This document shows, one piece after another, positions 25,667 to 35,309 of a stretch of 64,000 bases of DNA. The position numbers and the translations under genes were made by a program. The notes beneath the pieces are model-generated. The model had not been told where the DNA came from and did not search any database. It worked only from the letters and a program-made list of their open reading frames with translations. Within the stretch, counting starts at the first letter, position 1. Each line of letters begins with the position of its first letter. Location of the stretch: positions 194,871 to 258,870 of the forward strand of contig CAWHER010000003.1 in NCBI GenBank assembly GCA_963828605.1, given 5' to 3'. The DNA comes from an uncultured Actinomycetota bacterium. Lineage in GTDB: Bacteria; Actinomycetota; Actinomycetes; Mycobacteriales; QHCD01.

Positions 25667-25689
25667 GCCGCTCCCTTCGTCCCCGGAGA

Positions 25690-25815
25690 TCACACGTGCT
25701 TGATGATGCCTCCGTCAATGAGATATTCGGCACCGGTGATGTTGTTCGGCCCGGCGATGAAGGTGATCAGGCGGGCGACCTCGTCCGGGGTGGACAGCCG
25801 GCCGGTCGGCGCACC
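25690..25815 (-). pseudogene. remnant of a short-chain dehydrogenase/reductase (C-terminal ~41 codons only)
   Basis: Manual translation gives GAPTGRLSTPDEVARLITFIAGPNNITGAEYLIDGGIIKHV*, the typical SDR C-terminus. The upstream sequence in the same frame has no SDR similarity and hits a stop at 25891-25893. Confidence 0.55.
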
Positions 25816-25890
25816 GAGGTAAAGGCTCCGGCAACGGCTGAACCGACGTCGACCGTTGCTCCGCTCGGCCGGCCGGGCCGGGCGCAGCGC

Positions 25891-26580
25891 TCACAGTCCC
25901 CAGAAGGGCCCGGAGAGCCCGACGCCGCGTAGGTAGTCGGCGGCCGAGGCCGGGTCCCGGCGGACATAGCCGCTGTCGAGGCGCCCGTCGTACCAGTGGG
26001 CGGCGAGCCGCCACAACGTGCCGAGATCCATCACGTACCCGCGGTCGGCTCCGATCTCCCCGAGCCAGGCGTCGACGCAGGCCTCGGAGCAGAAGAGGCG
26101 CTGGTGGCCGCAGGTGTGCAGGACGTCGTCCCACATGGCTGCGGCGGGGACGAGAAAATGCGCCACCTGTTCACCCTCCGGTGGAGCCGCGCGGGTCACG
26201 GTCCACGCGTGCGGTCGGGCACAGGCGGGACATCGGGTCGCCACCAGAACCTCGGCCGCATCGGGTACCAGGTGCGGCAGTGCGAAGGAGTCCCAGGCGC
26301 AGCCGCCCCACCACAGGGTGCGTGGGCCCATGGCGCTGAACCCCAACGGCACGGCGGAGAACGGATGCGCCAGTACCACCCGCGGTCGGGCGGATCCCGC
26401 ACCGGCCCCGGCCCCGGCCCCGGCTAGGACAAGGTGCCGGTCGCGGGCCAGCCGGTCAAGACCCACCTCGACCTGGTCTGCCGTGGCGCCGAGCAGCCCG
26501 GCGAGCCCTTCGACGTCGGGAACCGCCCCTGTCTCGGCGAACGACCGGTACACCGTGAGGCGCAGATCCTCCACATCCAC
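25891..26580 (-). CDS. alkylmercury lyase (MerB) family-like protein
   Basis: GTG start. It has an N-terminal wHTH-like domain and a WWGGCAWDSFALP motif, matching the MerB Cys-x-x-Asp catalytic context. Further Cys clusters are present (RCPACARP, HTCGHQRLFCSEAC). An internal (GA)5 tract is encoded by a CCGGCC hexanucleotide repeat. Confidence 0.7.
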   Translation of the reverse strand: MDVEDLRLTVYRSFAETGAVPDVEGLAGLLGATADQVEVGLDRLARDRHLVLAGAGAGAGAGSARPRVVLAHPFSAVPLGFSAMGPRTLWWGGCAWDSFALPHLVPDAAEVLVATRCPACARPHAWTVTRAAPPEGEQVAHFLVPAAAMWDDVLHTCGHQRLFCSEACVDAWLGEIGADRGYVMDLGTLWRLAAHWYDGRLDSGYVRRDPASAADYLRGVGLSGPFWGL

Positions 26581-26633
26581 ACGCCGATGATGCCCGATGC
26601 GGGTTCTCGGTCGCCCGGTGGCAACGTGCCCGG

Positions 26634-27437
26634 TCAGTCGAGGAAGCCGGCGAGGGCGGACAGCAGCAGGTCGGTGCGCCTGGTCACCTGCATGTGGGTC
26701 GTGCCGGGAAACACGGCGAGTTGCGCCCCGGGGATGAGCTGCTGCATGAGAGCGGCGTGCTCGACGGTCACGAAGTCGTGGTCCCCCAGCACGAGCAGGG
26801 TCGGTGCCTGAATGCCGGCGAGCTGCTCGTCCGACCAGCCCTCGAGGTCGGCGTTCGAGCTCGACAGGGTGGCGAGGAAGTCGTCGAAATGATCCGGATG
26901 CGGGGACAGCCGCAGGTAGGCGTCGCGGAAATCGGCGAAGTCCTGCTGCGTCGGCAGCCGGGTCGAGGTCGCGTACCTGGCCGGGTCGCTGAGATCCTCA
27001 TGCATCCCATCCGGGTGGACGCTGGCCGAGATCGGCACCACCGACCGGACCCGGGCCGGATGGTTGACGGCGAGTTCGAGCGCCACCGCGCCGCCCATGC
27101 TGTGCCCGAGGACGTCTGCCCTGTCGATACCCAGCTGGTCCAGCAGCGCGACGACGTCCCCGGCCAGCGCCGCCGGGGTGATCGCGCGATCGATATCGGC
27201 GGTGCGGCCGTGTCCCTGCAGTTCCACACCGATGACCAGGTGCCCGGCGGACAGTGCCGGGATGACGCCGGCGAAGTTCAGGTCGATCGTCAACATGCCA
27301 CCGTGCAGCAGGACGAGGGGGCTGCCCTGCCCGTGCAGCTCGTAGTACATGTGCAGGCCGTTCACGTCGGCGTAACCGCTGCATCCGGCGGGCCGGGTGT
27401 CGGCGGTGTCGATGTCCGGGTGCTCGTGAGTCGACAT
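26634..27437 (-). CDS. alpha/beta hydrolase
   Basis: ATG 27435-27437. It has an LVLLHGG oxyanion region, the nucleophile elbow GHSMGG, and a C-terminal HM (His) context (FPGTTHMQV). The ORF-track start at 27623 is too long. Confidence 0.85.
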   Translation of the reverse strand: MSTHEHPDIDTADTRPAGCSGYADVNGLHMYYELHGQGSPLVLLHGGMLTIDLNFAGVIPALSAGHLVIGVELQGHGRTADIDRAITPAALAGDVVALLDQLGIDRADVLGHSMGGAVALELAVNHPARVRSVVPISASVHPDGMHEDLSDPARYATSTRLPTQQDFADFRDAYLRLSPHPDHFDDFLATLSSSNADLEGWSDEQLAGIQAPTLLVLGDHDFVTVEHAALMQQLIPGAQLAVFPGTTHMQVTRRTDLLLSALAGFLD

Positions 27438-27612
27438 CGCGAGATCCTCTCGAAGTCTGAGTTGTGCCCTTTGGGTGTCGGTGCCGTCCGGCACCGTCGT
27501 GACTGCGTCGAGCGGCGGGGGCCGTTTTCGACACCTCGACGGAATCTCGCCCGAGCAGCGACCGCGATAGGGTCGGCGCCGGATCATCGCCGCGGAACGG
27601 AGACACGCACAG

Positions 27613-28752
27613 ATGAGGATCACGGCCGTCGAGGCGGTTCCCGTGGACCGCTACCTGCTGACTCTGGTGCACACCGACGCGGGGATCACCGGTGTCGGCG
27701 AGTCCGGGACCTGGGGCCACCTGGAGGCCTCGCAGGCGGCACTCGAGAAGTTCGGCGCGTACCTGGTCGGGCAGGACCCCCGCCGCATCGAGCACCACTG
27801 GAACGTGATGTACCGGTCGTCGCACTTCCGCGGCGCGGCCATCATGGGCGCACTCTCGGCGATCGACATCGCGCTGTGGGACATCAAGGGCAAGGCGCTC
27901 GGCGTGCCCGTCCACGACCTGCTCGGCGGCCGGGTCCGGGACAAGGCGCGGGTCTACAGCCACGTGTTCGGCTCGACGACCGAAGAGCTCGTCGACGGAT
28001 GCGTCGCGGCGAAACAGGCCGGCTTCACCGCGGTCGGGCACCTCACGCCGTTCCTCGACGTGTCGATCGACGAGCCGTACTTCGAGACCCACGCGAAGAA
28101 GATGGGTACGGCGATCGACCGGGTCCGCCGCTACCGCGAGGCGGTCGGCGACGACGTCGACCTGTGCATCGAGATCCACCGCCGGCTCACCCCCGCCGAG
28201 GCCGTCGTCCTGGCGCGCGGCATCGAACAGTACCGGCCGATGTTCTACGAAGACCCGATCCTGCCGGACAACTTCGACGCCATGGGGTGGGTCGCCGACC
28301 GCATCTCCATCCCGATCGCCACCGGCGAACGACTGCATACGCTGCAGGAGTTCGAGATGCTGCTGGCGCGCGGCGCGGTGCAGTACGTCCGGCCGGACGT
28401 CTGCCTCGCCGGGGGCATCACCGGCACGAAGAAGATCGCCGCCGCGGCCGAGGCGCGCGGCGTCCAGGTGGTGCCGCACAACCCGTTGTCACCGATCAGC
28501 ACCGCCGCCTGCCTGCAGATCGCCGCGTGCATCCCCAACTTCGCCATCCAGGAATACCCGCTGGGAGAAGGCGTCCCGCCGAAGAGCGCGATGGTCGAGA
28601 CGCCGTTGGCCGTGAAGGACGGGTTCCTGCTCATCCCGGACGCGCCGGGCATCGGTATCGAGTTCTCCGCCGACTCCGCGCGGAAGCACCCGCCGGTGCC
28701 GCGCCCGATCGGCACCCGGTTGCACGAGGACGGCTCGGTCGTCGATCAGTAG
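27613..28752 (+). CDS. enolase superfamily dehydratase (mandelate racemase/MLE family, D-galactonate dehydratase-like)
   Basis: Intact 379 aa. The N-terminal capping domain is ITGVGESGTWGH. Metal-ligand contexts are DLCIEIHRRL, FYEDP and ATGERL, followed by VVPHNPLSP. Confidence 0.85.
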   Translation: MRITAVEAVPVDRYLLTLVHTDAGITGVGESGTWGHLEASQAALEKFGAYLVGQDPRRIEHHWNVMYRSSHFRGAAIMGALSAIDIALWDIKGKALGVPVHDLLGGRVRDKARVYSHVFGSTTEELVDGCVAAKQAGFTAVGHLTPFLDVSIDEPYFETHAKKMGTAIDRVRRYREAVGDDVDLCIEIHRRLTPAEAVVLARGIEQYRPMFYEDPILPDNFDAMGWVADRISIPIATGERLHTLQEFEMLLARGAVQYVRPDVCLAGGITGTKKIAAAAEARGVQVVPHNPLSPISTAACLQIAACIPNFAIQEYPLGEGVPPKSAMVETPLAVKDGFLLIPDAPGIGIEFSADSARKHPPVPRPIGTRLHEDGSVVDQ

Positions 28753-30262
28753 TTGCCCTCGGCGGTGACCGGCTCCAGCAGGTCCGCGACCTCCCCCTGC
28801 CCGAGGTGACGGGCCCAGCCGAGCGGCGTGGCGTCGAATCGTTCGTCGTGGAGATCGGGGTCGGCGCCGAGGCGGAGGAGGGTCCGGGCCAGCTCGACGT
28901 TTCCCGACTCCGCGGCCCCGTGCAGCGCCGTGTGCCAGGGCTGCTCGACGGGTAGGTCGGTCCTGCCCCGGGCGTTGATGTCGAAGCCGTTGGCGACCAG
29001 GAGTTCGACGGCGCCCGGGCCACCCGACGCCGATGCCCAGACGACTAGGGCCGGGCGGGCCGCGCGGGCGGCCTCGGCAACTCCGGGATGCGCCGCCTGC
29101 ACCCGGTCGAGACCACCGGGGTCGGCGGCGAGTGCGGCAGCCACGAACGCGTCGACCGGCTCCAGGGCCGGCACTGGTAGGCCGCGGGCCACGAGAAGGT
29201 CGACCAGTGCGCCGTGACCGGTGGTGGCCGCCAGCGCGCCTGCGGTGATGCCGTCGGCGAACGGTGCGGCGGCGTCAACGCCGTGATCGAGGAGCAGTTC
29301 CACCCGCTCGGCCATTCCGTGGCTCAGCGCCCAACGCAGCTGACCACGGACCATCTGCCCGGGCGTCGTCGATGGCGGCGCCGAGCCGCCGGCGCCACGG
29401 TCCGCCGGTATCGGCGCCGAGGCCGAACTCGAAGAGCACCTCGAGGTGGTCGTTGTCCGGGCCGAACATGCGGTTGTAGAGCGCCTGCCCGTCGTTGGGG
29501 TCGGCACCCGCCTCGAGAAGCAGCCGCGCCAGGGCGAGCGAGTGCGGGTGGCGGGGTTGACGGACCGGACCCTGTTCGCCTTCGCCGAACACCCCGGTCA
29601 GCACGGTGAACGGGCTGGGCAGCCCGTGCCAGAGGTAACCGGCGTCGGCGTCGGCGCCGGCGTCCAGCAGGAGCCGCACCGAGTCCACGACCGCGTCGCG
29701 GCGAAACGTCCGGGTCGTGGCGGGCGTAGGCAAGGTAGAGCAGCGGCGTCCACCGATACGGGCCGCCCTCCCGACGTGCGGCGGCGGGGTCGTCGGCGAG
29801 CAGCCGCCGCACGGCGTCCACGTCGGCGCCGGCGGCCGCCGCGAAGATGTCGTCCCGGGTGATCTCCGGTCGCTCGGACAGGAGTTGGCGGGCTCTGCGC
29901 CGACGGTCGGGGTGGTCGTCGCGCTCGTAGGACAAGCACGCGAAGCGCAGGAACTCGTCGGCGGACCCTTCCGGTCCGACATCCGGAGCGACGTCGGCGG
30001 GATATCGACTGTACCGCTCGACCGCCTCGACGTAGCGCTTCAGCGGGGTCCAGCTGGAGAAGCCGTAGCGGCGGGCGACGACGAGGCGGGCGTCGCTCAG
30101 GGCGAACCCGCGGGGACCGTCGGATCCGAGCCCGACGGGATGGCGTTCGGAGACTTCCGCCAGCGCCTCAGGAACCTCGGCCCGCACCGACCGGAGCAGA
30201 TCCTTGGCCTGGTTGCGAAGCTGTTCGAGATTCGGGCGGTCGGGCAGGGGGACGGTCGGCAT
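28746..30262 (-). pseudogene. ankyrin repeat domain protein, frameshifted
   Basis: ATG 30260-30262 follows GAGAGGAG (MPTVPLPDRPNLEQLRNQAKDLLRSV...). The middle is in a second frame (VDSVRLLLDAGADADAGYLWHGLPSPFTVLTGVFGEGEQGP...LARLLLEAGADPNDGQALYN). The C-terminus is in a third frame (LLLDHGVDAAAPF..., LLVANGFDINARG..., TALHGAAESGNVELARTLLRLGADPDLHD...). At least two frame changes. Confidence 0.65.
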
Positions 30263-30465
30263 CGCTACTCCTCTCGTGTGCCTGCGGTCCGCATCGCCAG
30301 GCCGAAAGGAGGAAACATCGGTCGTCGCGTCGATCGCCTTCTCAGGTGGGCTCTGCCCTGTCCGCGGACCGGAGGCCCCCTGCGGGCCTATCGGGACAGT
30401 AGCCTGATCCCGGCCCGGCCCGCCAGTGGCAGACGACCCGTCGTACTGGTGGACTCCGTGCCGAC

Positions 30466-31328
30466 ATGGCACGCGCGGAGACGACCGAGAGGGCAGGTGC
30501 GGTGCGGCGGTTTGCGGATCGGGTTGCGGTGGTCACCGGTGGTGGCCGGGGAATCGGACTGGCGATCGTCCTGCGGCTGGGCGCGGAGGGCGCGGCGGTC
30601 CTCGTCGCCGACCTCGATCCGGCGAGCGCGGACGAGGCGGCGCGCTCGGTCGTGCAGGCCGGTGGGCGGGCGGTCGGAGTGGAGTGCGATGTCACCGACC
30701 GGAAGTCGGTCGACGCGGCGATGGCAGCCGCCGTCGAGAGCTTCGGGGAGTGGATGTCCTGGTCGCCAATGTCGGCATCGGTTCGGGAACCTCGTTCGAG
30801 GACATCGACGAATCGACCTGGGCGCACGACGCCGTACCGACGCTGCACGGCACGGTCCTGAGCATCCAGGCCGCGCTGCCGCACCTGATGGCGTCACCGG
30901 CCGCATCGGTCGTCATGATCGGCTCGGTCAACGGGCTCGCCGCATCGGGTGACCTCGTCTACTCCACCGCCAAGGCGGCCCTGCCCGTGCTGGCCCAGAA
31001 CCTGTCGGTCATCTACGGCCGGCGACTGATGGACCGGCGGGCCCCGGCGGGCAACCCCGTCCGCTTCAACGTCGTCGCGCCGGGCACCATCCGGACGCGC
31101 GTTTGGGACGACCAGCAGGAGTCACTCGCCGCGATCTCCTCGCTCTACCCGACCGGCCGGATCGGCGAACCCGAGGACGTCGCGGCGGCGGTCGCCTTCC
31201 TCGCCTCCGACGACGCGGCCTGGGTCACCGGGGTCGTCCTCCCGGTCGACGGCGGGCTGCTGACCGGACCGTCGATGGCCTTCTACAACGCCGAGGCCGC
31301 GGTCGCCGACCGCGCGCAGCCGCGCTGA
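30466..31328 (+). pseudogene. SDR family oxidoreductase with a single frameshift
   Basis: N-terminus VAVVTGGGRGIGLAIVLRLGAEGAAVLVADL...ESFG in ORF 30466..30861. The remainder (GVDVLVANVGIG..., YSTAKAAL, PGTIRT, AFLASDDAAWVTGVVLPVDGG) is in ORF 30426..31328. The switch is at the G4 run 30745-30748, where FGGVDVL needs G5. Confidence 0.8.
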
Positions 31329-31336
31329 CCCGACGG

Positions 31337-31900
31337 TCAGAGCCGCGCGACCAGCATGACCTCGTCGCGGTCGTCCCCCGGGGCGACGCGTATGGCGCCG
31401 GGGTGCCGGCCGACGACGACATACCCGAACTTCTCGTAGAACCGCTCCAGCCCGGTGCCGCCGCGCGCGGTGAGCTCGAGATGCTCCAGCCCCATGTCCC
31501 TGCCGATCTGGTGCAGCCCGTCCATCAGCAGTCGTCCGGCGCCCTGACCCTGCAGCTCCGGGCGGACCATGACCCACAGCACGGTGCGCCAGTGCCGCTG
31601 CAGCGGCCACCCGGTGTCGACGAGCACCCCCATGCCGACCGCGGTCCCGTCCCTGCGCAGCACTCCGAGAGCATCGCGGCCGTCGGCGACCTCGACCAGG
31701 CGCGCGTCGAGCCTGGCCGCGATGTCTGCGCGGTCCGCGGGCGGGACGAATCCGACGCTGCCACCGGCGTCCGTCACCGCCACCCAGGTGTCGAGGAGAT
31801 CGTGGCGCAGCCCCGGCTCCTTCGCCTGCGACGGCGCTATCACCTCGAAGACGAGCGGTCCGCGCTGCCACCCGGTGGCATCTGTGCTCATGACCACCAT
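31337..31900 (-). CDS. GNAT family N-acetyltransferase
   Basis: Motif A VMVRPELQGQGAGRLLM and the C-terminal FYEKFGY. Intact. The start is ATG 31900 or 31891. Confidence 0.8.
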   Translation of the reverse strand: MVVMSTDATGWQRGPLVFEVIAPSQAKEPGLRHDLLDTWVAVTDAGGSVGFVPPADRADIAARLDARLVEVADGRDALGVLRRDGTAVGMGVLVDTGWPLQRHWRTVLWVMVRPELQGQGAGRLLMDGLHQIGRDMGLEHLELTARGGTGLERFYEKFGYVVVGRHPGAIRVAPGDDRDEVMLVARL

Positions 31901-31941
31901 CTTCGCGGATCGGCCGACACCGCCGATCGCGCGGTCGACCT

Positions 31942-33175
31942 TCAGGCGAAGAGGTCCCGCCCCAGAAGTCGTTCCTGTCCCGAACCCCGGGCGGGCAGGC
32001 GAACACGGCCGAACCGGTATGGCTGATGTATTCGTTCAGGGCGTCGTGCACACCGAGTCGGCGTTGCAGCGCGACGAACTGACGGTGGGCATCCTGCTGG
32101 TAGGCGAGGAAAAACAGTCCGGCGTCGAGGCTGCCGGTCGTCGCGTCGATCCCGTCGGTGTAGGAGTAGCCGCGCCGCAGGATCTGCACCCCGCCGTTGG
32201 TCTCCCGGCTGGCGAGCCTGATGTGGGCGTCGACCGGGATGACCGGCTGTCCGGACACATCTTTCGCCGCCAGGTCCGGGACGTCGCTCTCGGCGCGGCC
32301 GGTCAGCGGGGCGCCGCTGGCCTTGGTCCGGCCGAAGACGTTCTCCTGATCGGCGAGAAAGTCGCGGTCCCACCCCTCGATCTGCATGCGGATCCGGCGG
32401 GCCACCAGGTAGGACCCGCCCCACAGCCACGACTGGTCGCTCTCCCGTCCGACCCAGACGTGGGAGTTCATCGCGGCGGTGTCCTCGCCGCGGATGTTGC
32501 GGGTGCCGTCCTTGAATCCCATCAGGTTGCGGGGGGTCGCCTGCGACCGGCTGGTCGTCGACGTACGCCCGAAACCGAGCTGCGACCAGCGCATGCTCGC
32601 CACGCCGCTGGCCAGCCGGGCGAGGTTCCGGATGACGTGGAAGGCCACCTGGGGGTCGTTGGCACAGGCCTGGACGCCGATGTCGCCGCCGCACCGGGTC
32701 GGGTCGAGTTCGTCTCCGGGCAGCGCCGGGAGGTCGGTGAGCGCGGCCGGGCGGCGGGCGGCCAGACCGAAGCGGCGGTCGAACATCGCCGGACCGAAGC
32801 CGACGGTGACGGTGAGCGCCGACGGCGGCAGGCCGACCGCCTCACCGGTGTCGGCCGGCGGCGCCTGGGCGCTCGGTCGACCGGCCGGGAACCTGCCGGC
32901 CCTCGGTCATCGCGACCGCGGCAGCGGTCCAGGTGTGCAACAGCTCGACGAGGTCGGCCCGGCTGGTGGTGGTCAGGTCGAACGCCGCGAACGCCAGCCG
33001 GTCCTGCGCCGGCGTGCCGATCCCCGACCTGGTGGTCGCCGTGGAACGGCACCGCGGCCGCGGCCGCCGGTGCGTCGCCGGTCGCCGCCTCGGGGTCCGA
33101 ACAGCCGGCCGCGGCACCGACCGCGACACCGGCGCCGGCCAGCCCGAGGCCGCCGAGGAACCCGCGCCTCGACAT
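31942..33175 (-). pseudogene. efeB: Dyp-type peroxidase EfeB (Tat-exported), frameshifted
   Basis: ATG 33173-33175 with the twin-arginine signal MSRRGFLGGLGLAGAGVAV. Recognisable peptides are GIGTPAQDRLAFAAFDLTTTSRADLVELLHTWTAAAVAMTEG, GDIGVQACANDPQVAFHVIRNLARL, and RNLMGFKDGTRNI...VIPVDAHIRLASRE...ILRRGYSY...GLFFLAYQQD. The pieces lie in three frames. Confidence 0.8.
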
Positions 33176-33194
33176 ACCGGCAGGGCATGTCTGC

Positions 33195-34399
33195 CTACCC
33201 ACGTGAAGTCGTCATCCTCTCGGTCAGTCCGGTCAGACGATCGCCGGCGCGACCTTGCTGAGCGATTCGCGCCAGCGCGTTGACCACCGTGGTGAGGTGA
33301 CGCCGGTCCGGCGTACCGACGGTGGCGTAGTTCACGAAGCCGTGTGCGGTCCGATACCTGCCGAGCGCCGCCGAGACGGCCGCGAACTGCCGGGTGATCG
33401 ACGCCGCCAGGTGCGGCCGCACCTTCTTCAGAGCCGGCTCCAGCACCAGGAACGCCTTCTGCGCGCCGTCCAGGTTGGCCTCGAAGTCCCACAGGTCGGT
33501 GTGGCTGTAGCGCTCCTCCTCACCGGTGATCTTGCTCTTGGCGACCTCGCCGAGCAGGTCGACCGAGCCGTTGGCGATCTGCGCCGGCTGGAGCGTCACG
33601 GTCGCCACCTTGTGCTCTGCAGCGTGGCCACGTCGGCCACGAGCTTGTCGGCGATCGGTGCCATGCCGGCGAGCGAATGGTCCTGCCAGAGCGCCTTTTC
33701 GATGCGGTGGAACCCGGTCCAGTGGGCGGGATCGGCGACGTCGTTGATCCGCGCATCGATCCCGGGGTCGAGGTCGCCGAAGCTCTCGGCCACCGGCTCG
33801 ACCGCCTCGTAGTAGGCGCGGGTCGGGGCGTAGAGCGTCTTGGCCCGCGCCACGTCCCCGGCCTTGACCGCAGCCACGAATGCGTCGGTCGCGGGAACGA
33901 GCTTGTCGACCTCGGCGACGACGTAGCGCTGGTAGGACGCCACTGCGGCGGCCAGCTCCGGCTCCGAGTCGTCGGCGCTCTTCGCCCCGGACACCGTGAG
34001 GGTGGCGTGGTCGGCGGCGGCGTTGGGACAGTTGACGACGTAGCGGCCCGGGTCGAGCCGCAGGCTGAAGCTGCCGGAGAGGCCAGGGGTGAGGTTTTCC
34101 TTCTCGCCCAGGATCCGGTTCTGCGCCATCACCTCGGCCTCGCTCACCTTGTTGGTGTTGTCGTTGCGGACCGTGAAGGTCAACGCGCCGGCCGGCACGG
34201 TCGCCGGCTTCGGTGCGCAGCCGTCGTCGGTCAGCACGATCTCGACGTCGCCCGACCCCTTGGCCGCACCCGCCGCCTCGTTCCTGTGCGTTCCGCAGCC
34301 GGCCAGGACGCCGGCGAGCAGGCCGACGGCCGCCAGCGCCGCTGATGGCACGGGTGCGATGCGCTCAGGTGCCGTGCGCCGACACGGTCGGCCGCTCAC
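33195..34399 (-). pseudogene. efeO: iron uptake lipoprotein EfeO (cupredoxin + imelysin/M75-like domains), frameshifted
   Basis: Lipobox LLAGVLAGCG. The cupredoxin part is EIVLTDDGCAPKPATVPAGALTFTVRN. The M75-like part is YAPTRAYYEAVEPVAESFGDLDPGIDAR...WTGFHRIEKALW. A frame switch lies near 33600. A second switch near 33255 would give a more typical end, ALAESLSKVAPAIV*, at 33233. Confidence 0.75.
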
Positions 34400-35217
34400 C
34401 CTTGGCGGCGGTACGACGGCGCTGTGGCCAGGCGACGAACAACACCATCGGCACGGCGTAGATCACCCATCCCAGGGTTTCGATGACGGTGGGAGAGACC
34501 TGGATGCCGAGTACGCCGGTCAGCAGCGACTCGACCGGCGTACCGGGCCGGACCAGCCACGACAGGTCTATCGCCCGGGACTGCCCGAACTGGATCCACC
34601 CGGCCTCGAAGGCGGTGTGCAGCGCGGTCATCACCAGGCCGGCGGCGACGAGGACGAGGACGAGCCCGGTGATCCGGAAGAAGCGGGCCATGTTCAGCCG
34701 GACGCCACCGCGGTAGATGCCGTAGCCGATGGCGACGGCCGACGGCGATGCCGAGCACGGCGCCGATCGCGGCGACCGTCGCGTTGCCGCTGGCCTGAAA
34801 GGTGGCGAGCAGGAAGACGGCGGTCTCGAAGCCCTCCCGCAGGACGGCGAGAAATGCCATCGCGACCAGCGCATCGGCCGAGCCGCGGGCGAGCGCGGCG
34901 GCCGCGGCTCCCTCGAGATCGCCCTTCATGTTCCGGGCGTGGCCCCGCATCCACACGATCATGAAGGTGACCATGGCGACGGCGAACAGCCCGACGACGG
35001 TCTCGAGGCCCTCCTGCTGGGCCTGCGGCAGGCTCTGCTCGACGACCTGGAGGAGGACGCCGATGCCGATGCAGATCGCCACGGCGGCACCGACCCCGAT
35101 CCAGACCTGACGCAGGGCATCCCGGCGACCGTGGCGGCCGAGGAAGGCGGCGATGATGCCGACGATCAGCGACGCCTCGAGCCCCTCCCGTAGTCCGATC
35201 ACGAACGTGGCCAGCAC
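34365..35217 (-). pseudogene. efeU: FTR1-family iron permease EfeU with one frameshift
   Basis: GTG 35215-35217. It has two REGxE motifs (GLREGLEASL, VLREGFETAV). The C-terminal half (AIGYGIYRGGVRLNMARFFRITGLVLVLVAAGLV...) is in a second frame, with the switch near 34735-34745. Confidence 0.8.
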
Positions 35218-35241
35218 GGAGTCCTCCTTGATCGCAATGGG

Positions 35242-35262
35242 TTAGGGCAGCCTGGAACCTAA
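35242..35262. promoter_or_regulatory. TTAGG-N11-CCTAA dyad in the efeU / nucleoside-hydrolase divergent intergenic region
   Basis: TTAGGGCAGCCTGGAACCTAA shares the outer arms of the actinobacterial IdeR/DtxR box (TTAGGTTAGSCTAACCTAA). It is 21 nt rather than 19 nt long, and the inner half-sites do not match. Confidence 0.25.
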
Positions 35263-35309
35263 GGGACCCGGAGCCTGTTCAGCCCCACCCGGCACGACAT
35301 GCTGAGCGG

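Noticed and set aside
26402-26424. CCGGCC hexanucleotide microsatellite inside the MerB-like gene as a possible phase-variation switch.
   Set aside because: Unit changes of 6 nt stay in frame. They only alter a (Gly-Ala)n linker, so no on/off switching is expected.
25298-26580. Canonical mercury-resistance (mer) operon, because MerR- and MerB-family genes are adjacent.
   Set aside because: There is no merA, merT, merP or merC. The MerR-family protein has only two Cys and lacks the Hg-binding triad. The operator dyad differs from the mer operator.
35242-35262. Canonical IdeR iron box upstream of efeU.
   Set aside because: As a canonical box it fails: it is 21 nt rather than 19 nt long, and the inner half-sites do not match. 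It is kept only as a low-confidence dyad.
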